Virus record (IMG/VR): IMGVR_UViG_3300037041_001930
DNA: 64,000 nt
Source: a virus
Lineage: Duplodnaviria > Caudoviricetes
Direction: 5' to 3' (one strand)
Shown: positions 8,850-17,772 of the stretch, piece by piece
Numbering within the stretch: position 1 is the first letter of the stretch
Layout: each line of letters begins with the position of its first letter
Notes under the pieces: generated by a model
Database searches by the model: none
Seen by the model: only the letters and a program-made list of their open reading frames with translations
What the model was told of the DNA's origin: nothing
Position numbers and translations under genes: made by a program

Positions 8850-9389
8850 CTACCCCTTCTTGGGTTTCTGAGTATTCTCGGCATCACGCTGGCGGGACAT
8901 CGCGATGTATGCAGCGGTAACCGCATCGATCTTCTTCTTGATGTATCGTAGAATGAGATCCCGGTTCTTCGGCTTGGTACGCAACCATGCCGACCAGGGC
9001 CGGGCTCCACCCATGCCGTCTGCGAACCTGCATACCGATGCCTCGGTGAGGTCATTCATGATCTGTCTCCCGGTCTCATTCATGGCCTCGGTGACCTCGA
9101 CGTCACCTCCGGGGTTCGGCTTCGCGGCCCCCGGGTGGGACTTCTGAGCACGTGAGATCGCGATAAACGTCGCGATGGCCTGTTTCATCTTGTAAGTGAC
9201 CACTGCGATGACGAGATCCCGATTCGGAGTCTTCTTCACCTTACGGGTCCAGCTCGAGTTCCCCTGAGTGCCCCCCATTAGGTTGATATGCCGAACCATG
9301 CGGGCATCCTCGAGGTCGGCAAGAAAAGCGTCCGAGGCTTTAATCATGGTGTCAGTGATTTCAACATCTGGTTTTCGTGGTTTCCCCAT
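8850..9389 (-). CDS. Hypothetical protein made of two ~75-aa internal repeats
   Basis: DVEITDTM...MGG...W...NRDL...IAISR versus DVEVTEAM...MGG...W...NRDL...IAMSR. Confidence 0.75.
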   Translation of the reverse strand: MGKPRKPDVEITDTMIKASDAFLADLEDARMVRHINLMGGTQGNSSWTRKVKKTPNRDLVIAVVTYKMKQAIATFIAISRAQKSHPGAAKPNPGGDVEVTEAMNETGRQIMNDLTEASVCRFADGMGGARPWSAWLRTKPKNRDLILRYIKKKIDAVTAAYIAMSRQRDAENTQKPKKG

Positions 9390-9406
9390 GGGGACCCCCT
9401 TCTTGG

Positions 9407-10696
9407 TTATTTGATGAAGCCTTGGTTCACGGCATCGGCGACACTGCCGATGTACGCGAAAGACTTCTTGATGGAGTCGACATGTGCGCTTCTCCCCTGG
9501 ATGCAGCCGTGGTCGGCGCGACCCGTGGGCATCAGGGCATGGAGCACGATGTTGCGATTCGTGATCGCCGTGATCATGTAACAGATCCCGGCTTGAATCC
9601 AGACCTGGTTGATGTCTGCCTTCAGGGGACCCCCGGAGGTCATACAGTCCAGGAGTCTGGTCTTGATCTTCTCGAGATCATGAAGCGCGGCTTCGGCGAC
9701 GATGGCACTGGGGTATGCGGTACCTATGCGCCCCGCGATCTGTGAGATGAGTTCGAGATCAGTGGGCAGCTTGGTGAACTCGGGATCCTCGAGATCGGGT
9801 ATGGTGGTCTTGGCGACACAGTTGGGGTTGCCTACCCCAACACCGCATTTGGTGTAACATGGCTGGTTGATGATAGACCCCGGGAAACCCCCGAGCTGAG
9901 CGGTCGCCGGAGGTGCCGCAGGGGCATGTGCCATCGGGATCACCTTGGCAGCAATGGATACGAACAGAGTGCGATCTGGGCCTTCGGGATCCCCGAGATG
10001 CTCGATACACGCGGCGGCATAGCACTCGAACTTACCCTCGAACAAGCACTCCCTCTGGCTAATGATCTGGATGTCACGATCAATGAAGTGTTCCCGATTG
10101 ACACCCTGGGGGCTCCGCGTGACCACCTTGAGTTCGTAGCGCTTGGTATCCTTGCTGTACTTGAAGTCAGCGATCTCAATGGGGTACTCGTTGAACCCCT
10201 TGGTACGCAGGATCAGCTTGCGGTCCTTGTGGAGCTCCGGGGGCAGCTCGGTGACCTCTGGCTCCACCAGAGTTTTCGGAGTCTCGATACCCTTCAGACC
10301 CGGAAACATGTCCTGAAGGAACTCGGGCCCAGGGGTAATCCCATCCCCTGCGAAGAAACTCACTCGGAGCTTCGAGAAATCATCCATGTTTCCGTTGTCG
10401 TCCCCGATGAATCGCATCGGCCAGGCAAATAGCTGTGGAAATACACGCGCACCCACGGCTGTGATCCTGGGGTCTCCTATCAAGACATCGTCGCCTACCC
10501 CGGGGATCACTGACAAACCATCGGGGTCCTCGATATCCAGGGTGAACACGTATTCACGGCGTACCGGGCTCCATATCGGGCTCCTGATCTTTGCCTTGAA
10601 CCCATGAGTCGCCATCAACCAGCATTTTACCTCCAGTGCGAGTCTCCCCGCACTGAATGCCTTGGCAGCCTCGGTAACTAATTTTTCTTCTGACAT
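9407..10696 (-). CDS. Multidomain hypothetical protein with C-terminal QVW domain
   Basis: 429 aa; C-terminus clearly homologous to 11412-11888. Confidence 0.75.
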   Translation of the reverse strand: MSEEKLVTEAAKAFSAGRLALEVKCWLMATHGFKAKIRSPIWSPVRREYVFTLDIEDPDGLSVIPGVGDDVLIGDPRITAVGARVFPQLFAWPMRFIGDDNGNMDDFSKLRVSFFAGDGITPGPEFLQDMFPGLKGIETPKTLVEPEVTELPPELHKDRKLILRTKGFNEYPIEIADFKYSKDTKRYELKVVTRSPQGVNREHFIDRDIQIISQRECLFEGKFECYAAACIEHLGDPEGPDRTLFVSIAAKVIPMAHAPAAPPATAQLGGFPGSIINQPCYTKCGVGVGNPNCVAKTTIPDLEDPEFTKLPTDLELISQIAGRIGTAYPSAIVAEAALHDLEKIKTRLLDCMTSGGPLKADINQVWIQAGICYMITAITNRNIVLHALMPTGRADHGCIQGRSAHVDSIKKSFAYIGSVADAVNQGFIK

Positions 10697-10720
10697 CTCG
10701 TGTCTCCTCGATGTAAGTGG

Positions 10721-11410
10721 TTATGGTAATACCAGGCCGTCCTGGACGAACCCATAGGTCGCCAGGAACTCAGCCATGGGGACTTCTTGGATCAGGCCCC
10801 CCTCGGCCTCAAATTGCTTCTTGACATCAACTCGCATCAACTTTACGGTTGATGTGCAGTACACACTGATCACGGAGTGGTAGCCGTCATGACAGTGCAC
10901 CCAGAGACCGCCAACCTTAACCGGCTTTGGGTTAATAGCGTATAGCTTTGCCCTGGCATTGGTGAGGCGTTCATGTGTCTCCACCCTCGCCTTATGTGCG
11001 GTGACAGCTTTGATCTCCTTGAAGAACTCGAGATCCCTCTTGGCGTAATACTGAAGCAAGGATGCCCCCAATGGGGTGCCCAGGTGGCCCAGGTACACGA
11101 ATCGCGTGTAGACCGCGTGCCCTGGGAAATCATCGAGGACTCCCTGGTCCACTCCAGCCCCGCTCGTCGGGGTGACAGGGTACAACCGAAACTTGCAAGG
11201 CGAGGCTTTTCTCTCCAGCACGTACAAGGTGTAGTCATCGGGGTCCAGGACCAAGGCCCCATTGGTGTAGTATTCCTCCCCTACCGTTTTTGGTGCCGCG
11301 CGCAGAGCGGCTTGGTAATGGGTATCCCGATCACCAACGGCCCATACGGCAGCCATGATGCTCTCCCGCGTGATCGCTGCCTCATCGGGAGTCTCATTGG
11401 ATTTAGACAT
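10721..11410 (-). CDS. Hypothetical protein
   Basis: 229 aa; coiled coil followed by KPVKVGGLW. Confidence 0.7.
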   Translation of the reverse strand: MSKSNETPDEAAITRESIMAAVWAVGDRDTHYQAALRAAPKTVGEEYYTNGALVLDPDDYTLYVLERKASPCKFRLYPVTPTSGAGVDQGVLDDFPGHAVYTRFVYLGHLGTPLGASLLQYYAKRDLEFFKEIKAVTAHKARVETHERLTNARAKLYAINPKPVKVGGLWVHCHDGYHSVISVYCTSTVKLMRVDVKKQFEAEGGLIQEVPMAEFLATYGFVQDGLVLP

Positions 11411-11411
11411 C

Positions 11412-11888
11412 TTACCCCCCTTTCGGGTTCTTGGATTTTAAGAAACCGGAATCGATGGCATCCGCGATACCCCCGATATAGAAGAAATTGCGTCGGAGGT
11501 CCACAGAGTCGACCTTGGTCTCGGCATCCCCGGGGACCCCTGGCATCAGGGGTAACAGGGAGACGTGGTCCTCGGCGCATCGACTCACAATGCAGGGTAC
11601 CCCGTGGTGCAGCCAGACCTGAGCGACTTCGACCTTCAATGGGTTCTCCTCATTGAAGCGCTGCACGATTCTCCTGCGGAGATTATCGATGTCCTCGGCC
11701 AAGTGGGCGAGTTCGGAGAGCAGGGTGTCCTCATAGGCCCGGGCACCCATGACAGCGCCAATAGCCCCACTCAAGTTATCAATGAGTTCTTCGTTGTTGA
11801 AGGGGCGGGCTTGTCGAGGGAATCTGGTGTCAGTTGCCAGGGCTTCTGCGAGTTTATTCGCCAACCCTTGCTTTGTATGTGATTTCAT
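11412..11888 (-). CDS. Hypothetical protein with coiled coil and QVW domain
   Basis: PLKVEVAQVW...FFYIGGIADAIDSGFLK. Confidence 0.75.
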   Translation of the reverse strand: MKSHTKQGLANKLAEALATDTRFPRQARPFNNEELIDNLSGAIGAVMGARAYEDTLLSELAHLAEDIDNLRRRIVQRFNEENPLKVEVAQVWLHHGVPCIVSRCAEDHVSLLPLMPGVPGDAETKVDSVDLRRNFFYIGGIADAIDSGFLKSKNPKGG

Positions 11889-11890
11889 TT

Positions 11891-12205
11891 TTACCTCCGT
11901 GGGGTAGCCCCAATGGGGATGATGATGTCCATGGTGCCCGCGTACAGGAACTCCCTGCGGAGGCCCTGGGGTACCGCGGAGAGCTCAAGTGTCTTCGCTT
12001 TCAGGGGGACCATGAAGAGACCAGAATTTCCGATGTTCAAGTAGGGTGCACGTGCGGGGTCCACGATGACATGGGCCTTGAGCCCGTCACCAACCCAGAT
12101 CTGCCCATGCTTGATTTCCTCGGGGTTGATACGCTCGAGCTGATCCCCGGTGATCTCGAACCCGAAACCACGGGGTTCGAGGGGTTCTTTCTTTTTCTTA
12201 GCCAT
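11891..12205 (-). CDS. Hypothetical protein with GQIW domain
   Basis: GGAGG SD before MAKKKKE; EIKHGQIW...FLYAG. Confidence 0.65.
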   Translation of the reverse strand: MAKKKKEPLEPRGFGFEITGDQLERINPEEIKHGQIWVGDGLKAHVIVDPARAPYLNIGNSGLFMVPLKAKTLELSAVPQGLRREFLYAGTMDIIIPIGATPRR

Positions 12206-12227
12206 TGCTGGCCTCCTGTTATCCGAG

Positions 12228-12527
12228 TTATTTGTAATTCGAGAGGCGCTTCCAGCCGACCTGGGCGGGGCCCCATCCCTTGGTGCCCCCTCCCATTTCA
12301 GCAGGGCACCTCGAGGCGTCGACCAGGAGCTCCTCATCGAGGTGCTCCGCTGAGTTGAACTTGTAGAGCCAGTAACCAGCAGCCCACCCCCTCCCCGCAG
12401 GTTTCACGGCGATGAGGCATCTGGTGTTCTCTGGCAGGGCTAGATAGACGTCCCCCAGGCGCCCATAGGGGACCTGGTTACGCTCGAATATCGGAGCCTT
12501 GATTTTACGTGGCGGTGGAAATGGCAT
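12228..12527 (-). CDS. Hypothetical protein
   Basis: GGAGG SD before MPFPPP; co-oriented and fills the gap. Confidence 0.55.
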   Translation of the reverse strand: MPFPPPRKIKAPIFERNQVPYGRLGDVYLALPENTRCLIAVKPAGRGWAAGYWLYKFNSAEHLDEELLVDASRCPAEMGGGTKGWGPAQVGWKRLSNYK

Positions 12528-12540
12528 CTTTGGCCTCCCA

Positions 12541-13113
12541 TTACGTGGGTTTATTGTGCTTTCTGCTGAACATGTTCTCGAACAGTCTCCATTCTTCTTC
12601 ACTGGCCTTCATCAAGGCGTCCTCACACTTATCTATTCTCCGCATCAACTTGGCGAATGAGTTGGCCTTTACATCGATGTCCCAGTCCACTCCGGGTTCA
12701 CCGGCATGACTTGAGTACGGCACACATTTAACAAAGGCGTCATAATTAGTGATGCCTTTGTATCCAGCCTGTATCGCCAACTCATTTGCCTTCTCGTAGT
12801 CTCCACCGGCCTGCTTCAAGAACTCCTTGGCCTCCTCGTAGTCGTCATCGAGCAGGCCCACGGTGTCCATGAGGGAACTGGGTTCGTCCCATTCTTCCCA
12901 TACCGCACCTGTGGCCACCCACATACTAGGAGATATGCGTTTAATTGTGACTTCCAGGAATCGGATCTCTTTGCGTGGGCCTGAATATATTGTCATCTCC
13001 TCGCCGGGTTTGAGTGCCTTTATCTGGGAATACACGCCGGGGGCATAGTCCTCCCAGTGGCCTTCACATGTTGACCAGCAGCCCCATTTCAAATCTACGT
13101 TTATGATACTCAT
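12541..13113 (-). CDS. Hypothetical protein with a UBA/EF-Ts-N-like helical motif
   Basis: AAGGAG SD; EAKEFLKQAGGDYEKANEL. Confidence 0.7.
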   Translation of the reverse strand: MSIINVDLKWGCWSTCEGHWEDYAPGVYSQIKALKPGEEMTIYSGPRKEIRFLEVTIKRISPSMWVATGAVWEEWDEPSSLMDTVGLLDDDYEEAKEFLKQAGGDYEKANELAIQAGYKGITNYDAFVKCVPYSSHAGEPGVDWDIDVKANSFAKLMRRIDKCEDALMKASEEEWRLFENMFSRKHNKPT

Positions 13114-13125
13114 GATTCTCTCCTT

Positions 13126-13248
13126 GGTGGTTGTTTCCGGGTTATGCCCCGGCCACCGTGGAGAGCTGCTTTAGTAGTGCAGCCCATTGCTCCTGATACT
13201 GCGCTCCCTTATTGGGCGTGTATGATCAGGACCCCGGCTGAGCCGGGG
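13126..13248 (-). ncRNA. Candidate structured 5' leader RNA (four consecutive stems)
   Basis: Stems 13232-38/13242-48, 13192-97/13225-30, 13163-69/13179-85 and 13126-30/13153-57 (with inner CCGG/CCGG); ends just before the SD. Confidence 0.35.
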
Positions 13249-13255
13249 CGGGTAA

Positions 13256-13903
13256 TCAGTTCAGCTTGCTGCTCGCAGACATGCCCTTATGGGGTGTCGT
13301 CTTCGAGATTCCTGCACAGCTCAAGAGAACCATGCAAGCGAATTTCTCCAGGCTGTTGGCGTCTTCGCCCAGCAGCTTCTTCATTGCAATACGCTCGATG
13401 TCATTGAGGCATCCCTCAATTAAATCAAAGTCCACATACAGGTATGCAGGCTGGATCCCCAACAAACCGGTATGTGTGCATTGCGCTTTTAACCCATCCC
13501 TGAGTTGCTCCATGAGCGACAGTTGGGATTTTTCTTGTTCGAGTGTAGGTTTAGCCATTTGTGATCCCCCCTTGGTTATTTGACTGGTCTCAGGATTGCT
13601 GGGCGTACTCCATGAGTTGCCACACCCACATACGAAATGTATGGGGCCAACTCGCTTGCCGACGTGGTCAGTCTTGCCCAGCAAGGCATGGTCACCGTCG
13701 CCATCATCGATTTGGCACCGGACGCGGGCTGTCATCTCAACGAACTGAGGTCTACACCCGCACCTGGGACACTTGGGCTCACATCTCTTATCAAAGACAG
13801 GGAGTGGGATGGACTCTCTTTGTTTTTGAAGAGGGGGGCCGAAGAGCTCCTCGTAGGCTTTTTTCCTGGCAGCTATCCATGCCTGATCTTTATCTTTCCC
13901 CAT
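13256..13903 (-). CDS. Zn-ribbon (CPRCGC...CGCG) domain fused in frame to a helical protein (internal start at 13558)
   Basis: GGAGG SD at 13903 start; second GGGGG SD before MAKPTLEQ. Confidence 0.65.
   Translation of the reverse strand: MGKDKDQAWIAARKKAYEELFGPPLQKQRESIPLPVFDKRCEPKCPRCGCRPQFVEMTARVRCQIDDGDGDHALLGKTDHVGKRVGPIHFVCGCGNSWSTPSNPETSQITKGGSQMAKPTLEQEKSQLSLMEQLRDGLKAQCTHTGLLGIQPAYLYVDFDLIEGCLNDIERIAMKKLLGEDANSLEKFACMVLLSCAGISKTTPHKGMSASSKLN
13534..13616. repeat. Imperfect ~85-bp direct repeat, copy 1
   Basis: cttgttc...tagccatt...atccccc...ggttatttgactggtctcaggattgctgggcgtactccatgag, matching 13965-14051. Confidence 0.8.
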
Positions 13904-13916
13904 ACTTATTGCCTCC

Positions 13917-13949
13917 AAAATAAGGACCCAGCAGATCATGCTGGGTCCT
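13917..13949 (-). terminator. Perfect 11-bp hairpin with TGATC loop and TTATTTT tract
   Basis: AGGACCCAGCA-TGATC-TGCTGGGTCCT-TATTTT on the minus strand. Confidence 0.65.
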
Positions 13950-13964
13950 GGTTAATCAACTCGG

Positions 13965-14051
13965 CTTGTTCAAGTGTGCACGTAGCCATTCATAATCCCC
14001 CTCCCTGGGTTATTTGAATGGTCTCAGCGTTGCTGGGATGTACTCCATGAG
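13965..14051. repeat. Imperfect ~85-bp direct repeat, copy 2
   Basis: cttgttc...tagccatt...atccccc...ggttatttgaatggtctcagcgttgctgggatgtactccatgag. Confidence 0.8.
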
Positions 14052-14198
14052 CACCTCGTTGCTGCACATCCCATTTGCCTTCGCGGCAGCTGGGGTTGGA
14101 AACAGTTGAGCATCCTCTGGATGTTTAACATAAGAGTGATGACTGCCACTGGGGGCGACATAACCTTTGTTGTCAGTATTCCGGACGATATAGCCCAT
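14010..14198 (-). CDS. Small hypothetical protein
   Basis: AAGGAG SD; 62 aa. Confidence 0.65.
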   Translation of the reverse strand: MGYIVRNTDNKGYVAPSGSHHSYVKHPEDAQLFPTPAAAKANGMCSNEVLMEYIPATLRPFK

Positions 14199-14200
14199 GT

Positions 14201-14413
14201 TTACTCCTTGTCTTCTGGGAACTCTGCATTGAAGAGTTCAAGGGCTTCGTCTTGGGTGTACCCGAAGTACATCTTGGACGCCCGGGTACCCCCACGCATC
14301 GCAGAGATGAGCAGGGCCCCAGAGTGGTGGATGGTTTCGATGGAGACATCACCGATGCACGTAGATGCGTTCCCGGGTTCCTTGAGGTAAGGGCCATCAC
14401 TTGCTGTCGGCAT
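14201..14413 (-). CDS. Small hypothetical phage protein
   Basis: SIETIHHSGALLISA...YFGYTQDEALELF; overlaps the upstream stop. Confidence 0.6.
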   Translation of the reverse strand: MPTASDGPYLKEPGNASTCIGDVSIETIHHSGALLISAMRGGTRASKMYFGYTQDEALELFNAEFPEDKE

Positions 14414-16202
14414 GTGTACCCCCTTTGATGGCAGCAGTGATTAGCTCATCGATGTAGCCAACGAAGACAAGTCCATGCTTCCACAGCAGCTCACCGCCGA
14501 TGAAAACACGATCAAATGGTTTCTGCATGCGCATCGCATACTTATCCCCGGTATCCTCTGCACCCTGGACTATGAGGTCGAGATTACCCGCTGAGTCCTC
14601 CCATACCTGCCCCACCTCTAACTCAGGGACCAAGCGGTCGAGCTCACGCTGGTTCACCTCAATCTCAGTTTTGAGCTTCTGCATCCGGGCTACCAATGTG
14701 CGTGCATACGAAATCCTCAACGAGGAGGGTGCCATGCACTCGTTGATATCCTTGGCGGCCTGGTCAACCATGGCCCCTACGAGATCCACCCCAGCCATGG
14801 ACTTCGCGAGGTCGACCTCGGGGGGTTGCTTGCCATTCGTGAATCCGATGGGTGGTGGGTTCTCGGTTTCATCGATGACCACCATCGAGGAGTCCTGGCC
14901 ACGGATAACACCATCCTCGGGGAAGTGAACCTTCAGGGGATCATACTTCTTGAGATCTGACTCCGCGAACTCTTTTTCGTACTCGGCTAAATGCGTGGAG
15001 TTCAGATAAGGAACCCAGTTAAATGCCACAGGGTCATCGACGTGTTCACAGCTCACCGGGATCCCAGTGACATGGTAACAATTAAGCACCTTATTAAACA
15101 TGGTGCGTGTAATCTTTACGACTTGTTTGTAGAAAGTGCTCTCCTTTCTAACTACAACTGCGAGATCACCGGTAACAAACTTGGGCTGGTAGGTATGTGA
15201 ACACCCTGTGGCCTGGGGCTCATCGGCCCCCGTAGACGACGTGCAGCACTCAAGGTTGGATTTGGACTGCGCCATGCGGCTCTCTTCCTTGGCAGCCTCG
15301 GCATCGGCCATCACGGTGAGTGCGGGTGCCGGCGTGGTATCCCGGGACTTCCGGACAGTCTCGGTTCCTGGCTTCGGACCCAGACGACGTGACATCGCCA
15401 TGAGTTCCTTGACCTGGGAGAGATCCTGGATGTCCAAGCCGGGGCGATCTACCTTCCGGGTGTCCAGTGTGATCTTGAGCCCCTCGATGGTGGGGGCTCG
15501 GGTGCGCTCGCCCGCCTTGCTGAACTTGGTCTTGAACTCCTCGATGACATCCGGGATCCGGATGTTCTCCAGTGAGCGCTGGAGGAGGTAGCGCGCCCCC
15601 GAGGCATTCATCACCGAGGTATCCATCATGCGATGCGCGGTATATGTGAGGACCTGAATCGCCAATCTGGGGGTCTTGCTGCCCAGGGCTGTCATCGCAG
15701 CCGGGATGTCGATGATAGCCTTGACGGCATTGCTCACGGCGCGTGATGTGCGCTCGGAGTTGCGGTCATAGTGACGCACGATCTCGGGGAGGCGCTTGAG
15801 GACGATGTCTTCTACGATCTCGGTATGGGAGGTAATCGGCATGCTGAATCCTTTCGATTCAATGGTTTTTGGGTTACTGCCAGTTGAAGGTTTATTCAAT
15901 ACCTTTTCTTCGGCATCGCTAACCGAAACTGCTTCTCGGAGACAACAGAGAATCTTCTCTTCCTCGGGGGATCCTTTAACCGCATCGATTTTGTTTACGA
16001 TATTGATGAGTTTCTGGGCATGGCGTGGGCTCGTTCCGTTCCTCCACCCATATTGGTTTTTCAGGGTGTCCGCGATGTTGTTCTTTAGATTTCCACCCCG
16101 AGATTGAATCTCGGGGTGCGCTATTAGATCACGCACTAAGAGTACCATATCGAGTACGGTGAGTTGGCGTCGATGCAAACTGATCAAATGAGGCGTATCC
16201 AT
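14397..16202 (-). CDS. Multidomain hypothetical protein (KOW-like centre, C-terminal coiled coil and GQVW domain)
   Basis: 601 aa; KFVTGDLAVV and ELEVGQVWED...VFVG motifs. Confidence 0.75.
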   Translation of the reverse strand: MDTPHLISLHRRQLTVLDMVLLVRDLIAHPEIQSRGGNLKNNIADTLKNQYGWRNGTSPRHAQKLINIVNKIDAVKGSPEEEKILCCLREAVSVSDAEEKVLNKPSTGSNPKTIESKGFSMPITSHTEIVEDIVLKRLPEIVRHYDRNSERTSRAVSNAVKAIIDIPAAMTALGSKTPRLAIQVLTYTAHRMMDTSVMNASGARYLLQRSLENIRIPDVIEEFKTKFSKAGERTRAPTIEGLKITLDTRKVDRPGLDIQDLSQVKELMAMSRRLGPKPGTETVRKSRDTTPAPALTVMADAEAAKEESRMAQSKSNLECCTSSTGADEPQATGCSHTYQPKFVTGDLAVVVRKESTFYKQVVKITRTMFNKVLNCYHVTGIPVSCEHVDDPVAFNWVPYLNSTHLAEYEKEFAESDLKKYDPLKVHFPEDGVIRGQDSSMVVIDETENPPPIGFTNGKQPPEVDLAKSMAGVDLVGAMVDQAAKDINECMAPSSLRISYARTLVARMQKLKTEIEVNQRELDRLVPELEVGQVWEDSAGNLDLIVQGAEDTGDKYAMRMQKPFDRVFIGGELLWKHGLVFVGYIDELITAAIKGGTHADSK

Positions 16203-16232
16203 ATCCTAGCCTCCAGAAGTGGATTGTGGTGC

Positions 16233-16829
16233 TCAGAACATCTTGCGGATGTCGCTATCAGTGAGGGTCACCCACTTGTTGCCATCGCGCTGGCTGAGGT
16301 CGACCTCGGGGAACTGCTTGAGGTTGTACTTTGTCTTGATGGTGTTGCAGCGATCCGCTGCATTACGTGCACGACGTGCCGAGGCCTTCCAGGCCTGACG
16401 AGGTGGCTTCGTGGAGTAGCGCCCCCGGTAAGCCAAGATGAGATCAGGGTGGGCTTCGTAGAGTGCCGTGGAGTTGTGGCAGACATGGCGGCGTGCGGCA
16501 CCGATGACATTGAAAGACAGGATGTACGGAGTCGCCTCGACCAGGACTTCACGGGGTTTCGTGAGGCCATGGTAGACATTGGCGTCCATGCCTTCGGCGA
16601 AGGCGATCTCGGCGACCAGGACCCCCACCGTGGAGTTGATGTGGTGCGGATTCGCGATCAGGAAGCGTTCAACGGCGATGCAGGCCGCGGAGAAGTCGAG
16701 AGCTGGTTTTGGGAGCACATCAGTGCTCGAAAACAAAGGAGGCAGAGTGGCGGAAGTGGACTTTTGCTTGGACATGGATTCCCCCGATTCGACTGGATGA
16801 GTCGACTGGTTATGGGGTTTCTTCAACAC
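16233..16829 (-). CDS. Hypothetical basic protein
   Basis: 198-aa co-oriented ORF; start uncertain. Confidence 0.65.
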   Translation of the reverse strand: MLKKPHNQSTHPVESGESMSKQKSTSATLPPLFSSTDVLPKPALDFSAACIAVERFLIANPHHINSTVGVLVAEIAFAEGMDANVYHGLTKPREVLVEATPYILSFNVIGAARRHVCHNSTALYEAHPDLILAYRGRYSTKPPRQAWKASARRARNAADRCNTIKTKYNLKQFPEVDLSQRDGNKWVTLTDSDIRKMF

Positions 16830-16860
16830 GGTGTGGCCCCTCTCGGGGCGATTTTGGATT

Positions 16861-17544
16861 TTATGCTGCGACGACCTCGGCCTCGAGCCGAGTGATCATG
16901 GGCAGAAGACGCTTGGTGATGTGGTCGACCACGGTGAAGTAGTCAGGGGTATCTACTGGGAACTCTTTGGCAGCTTGTTGCTCGCACTGGGCACGCATGA
17001 GTTTCAACCTGGGCAGGATGGCCTCGTCGATTTTGGCTAGGGAATCCTGTATCTTTGGAGATGATCTTGGCGATTGAAGCCTGACGCTTGACTCACATGC
17101 AGTGCCCCTCTTCAACTCACGCTTGGCCCCACGTCCAGCATCGTGTCTCTTAGACTGGTCTAAGGTGCGCTCATACAGTGAACGATGTGACCGCAAGATT
17201 TTGGCAGCAACCATTAGATTTGCGCTCGACGTGTCCTTTCGGAGCCCATACTTTCTACAAAACTTGTATTTTTCTTTCGGTTGTGCGAATATATTTGGAT
17301 CAACATTCACGATGTCACGGGCTACATCGGGATGCTTGAGTGGGTGAAATCCACCATTCCTACACAAAAAGGAGTCCCATACAGAACATACTGTGTCGCA
17401 AGTTATCTTCTGCAACACTCCAGCGGTTCCCCATTTTTCTGCACGTACCAGCTGCCTAAGTGTTTCAGTGCGATTTGGAGCACTAGCCACCTTTTCTGCG
17501 TTATTCACGATCAGCCAGCGTAGGCGTTCTCTGATGTTTTTCAT
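16861..17544 (-). CDS. Hypothetical basic protein
   Basis: GGAG SD; 227 aa; lower GC. Confidence 0.7.
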   Translation of the reverse strand: MKNIRERLRWLIVNNAEKVASAPNRTETLRQLVRAEKWGTAGVLQKITCDTVCSVWDSFLCRNGGFHPLKHPDVARDIVNVDPNIFAQPKEKYKFCRKYGLRKDTSSANLMVAAKILRSHRSLYERTLDQSKRHDAGRGAKRELKRGTACESSVRLQSPRSSPKIQDSLAKIDEAILPRLKLMRAQCEQQAAKEFPVDTPDYFTVVDHITKRLLPMITRLEAEVVAA

Positions 17545-17555
17545 TGTCTTGTCTC

Positions 17556-17590
17556 CAAAGAATGAACCCCTGCGGGATCACCGCAGGGGT
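17556..17590 (-). terminator. Perfect 10-bp hairpin with TGATC loop; T-rich on both sides (possibly bidirectional)
   Basis: ACCCCTGCGG-TGATC-CCGCAGGGGT at 17566-17590 followed by TCATTCTTT on the minus strand. Confidence 0.65.
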
Positions 17591-17673
17591 CTTGATTTTT
17601 CTTTATCTATGGGTCCTCGGGGGCCTTGTGTCCCCAGCCCTCGGTTTACGCTTGGTCGCCCTCAGGAGACCAC

Positions 17674-17772
17674 ATGCGTAAGATCGAACAGAGCGAGAAA
17701 TCCCGTGTCATGTTCTTGATCATCATTGTTCTCGTCATCGCTGGGCTCGCCGTGTTATCCCACTTCCTGTAG
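17674..17772 (+). CDS. 32-aa single-TM peptide MRKIEQSEKSRVMFLIIIVLVIAGLAVLSHFL
   Basis: AGGAG SD 5 nt before the ATG, charged N-terminus and one hydrophobic helix; below the ORF-track size limit. Confidence 0.6.
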   Translation: MRKIEQSEKSRVMFLIIIVLVIAGLAVLSHFL

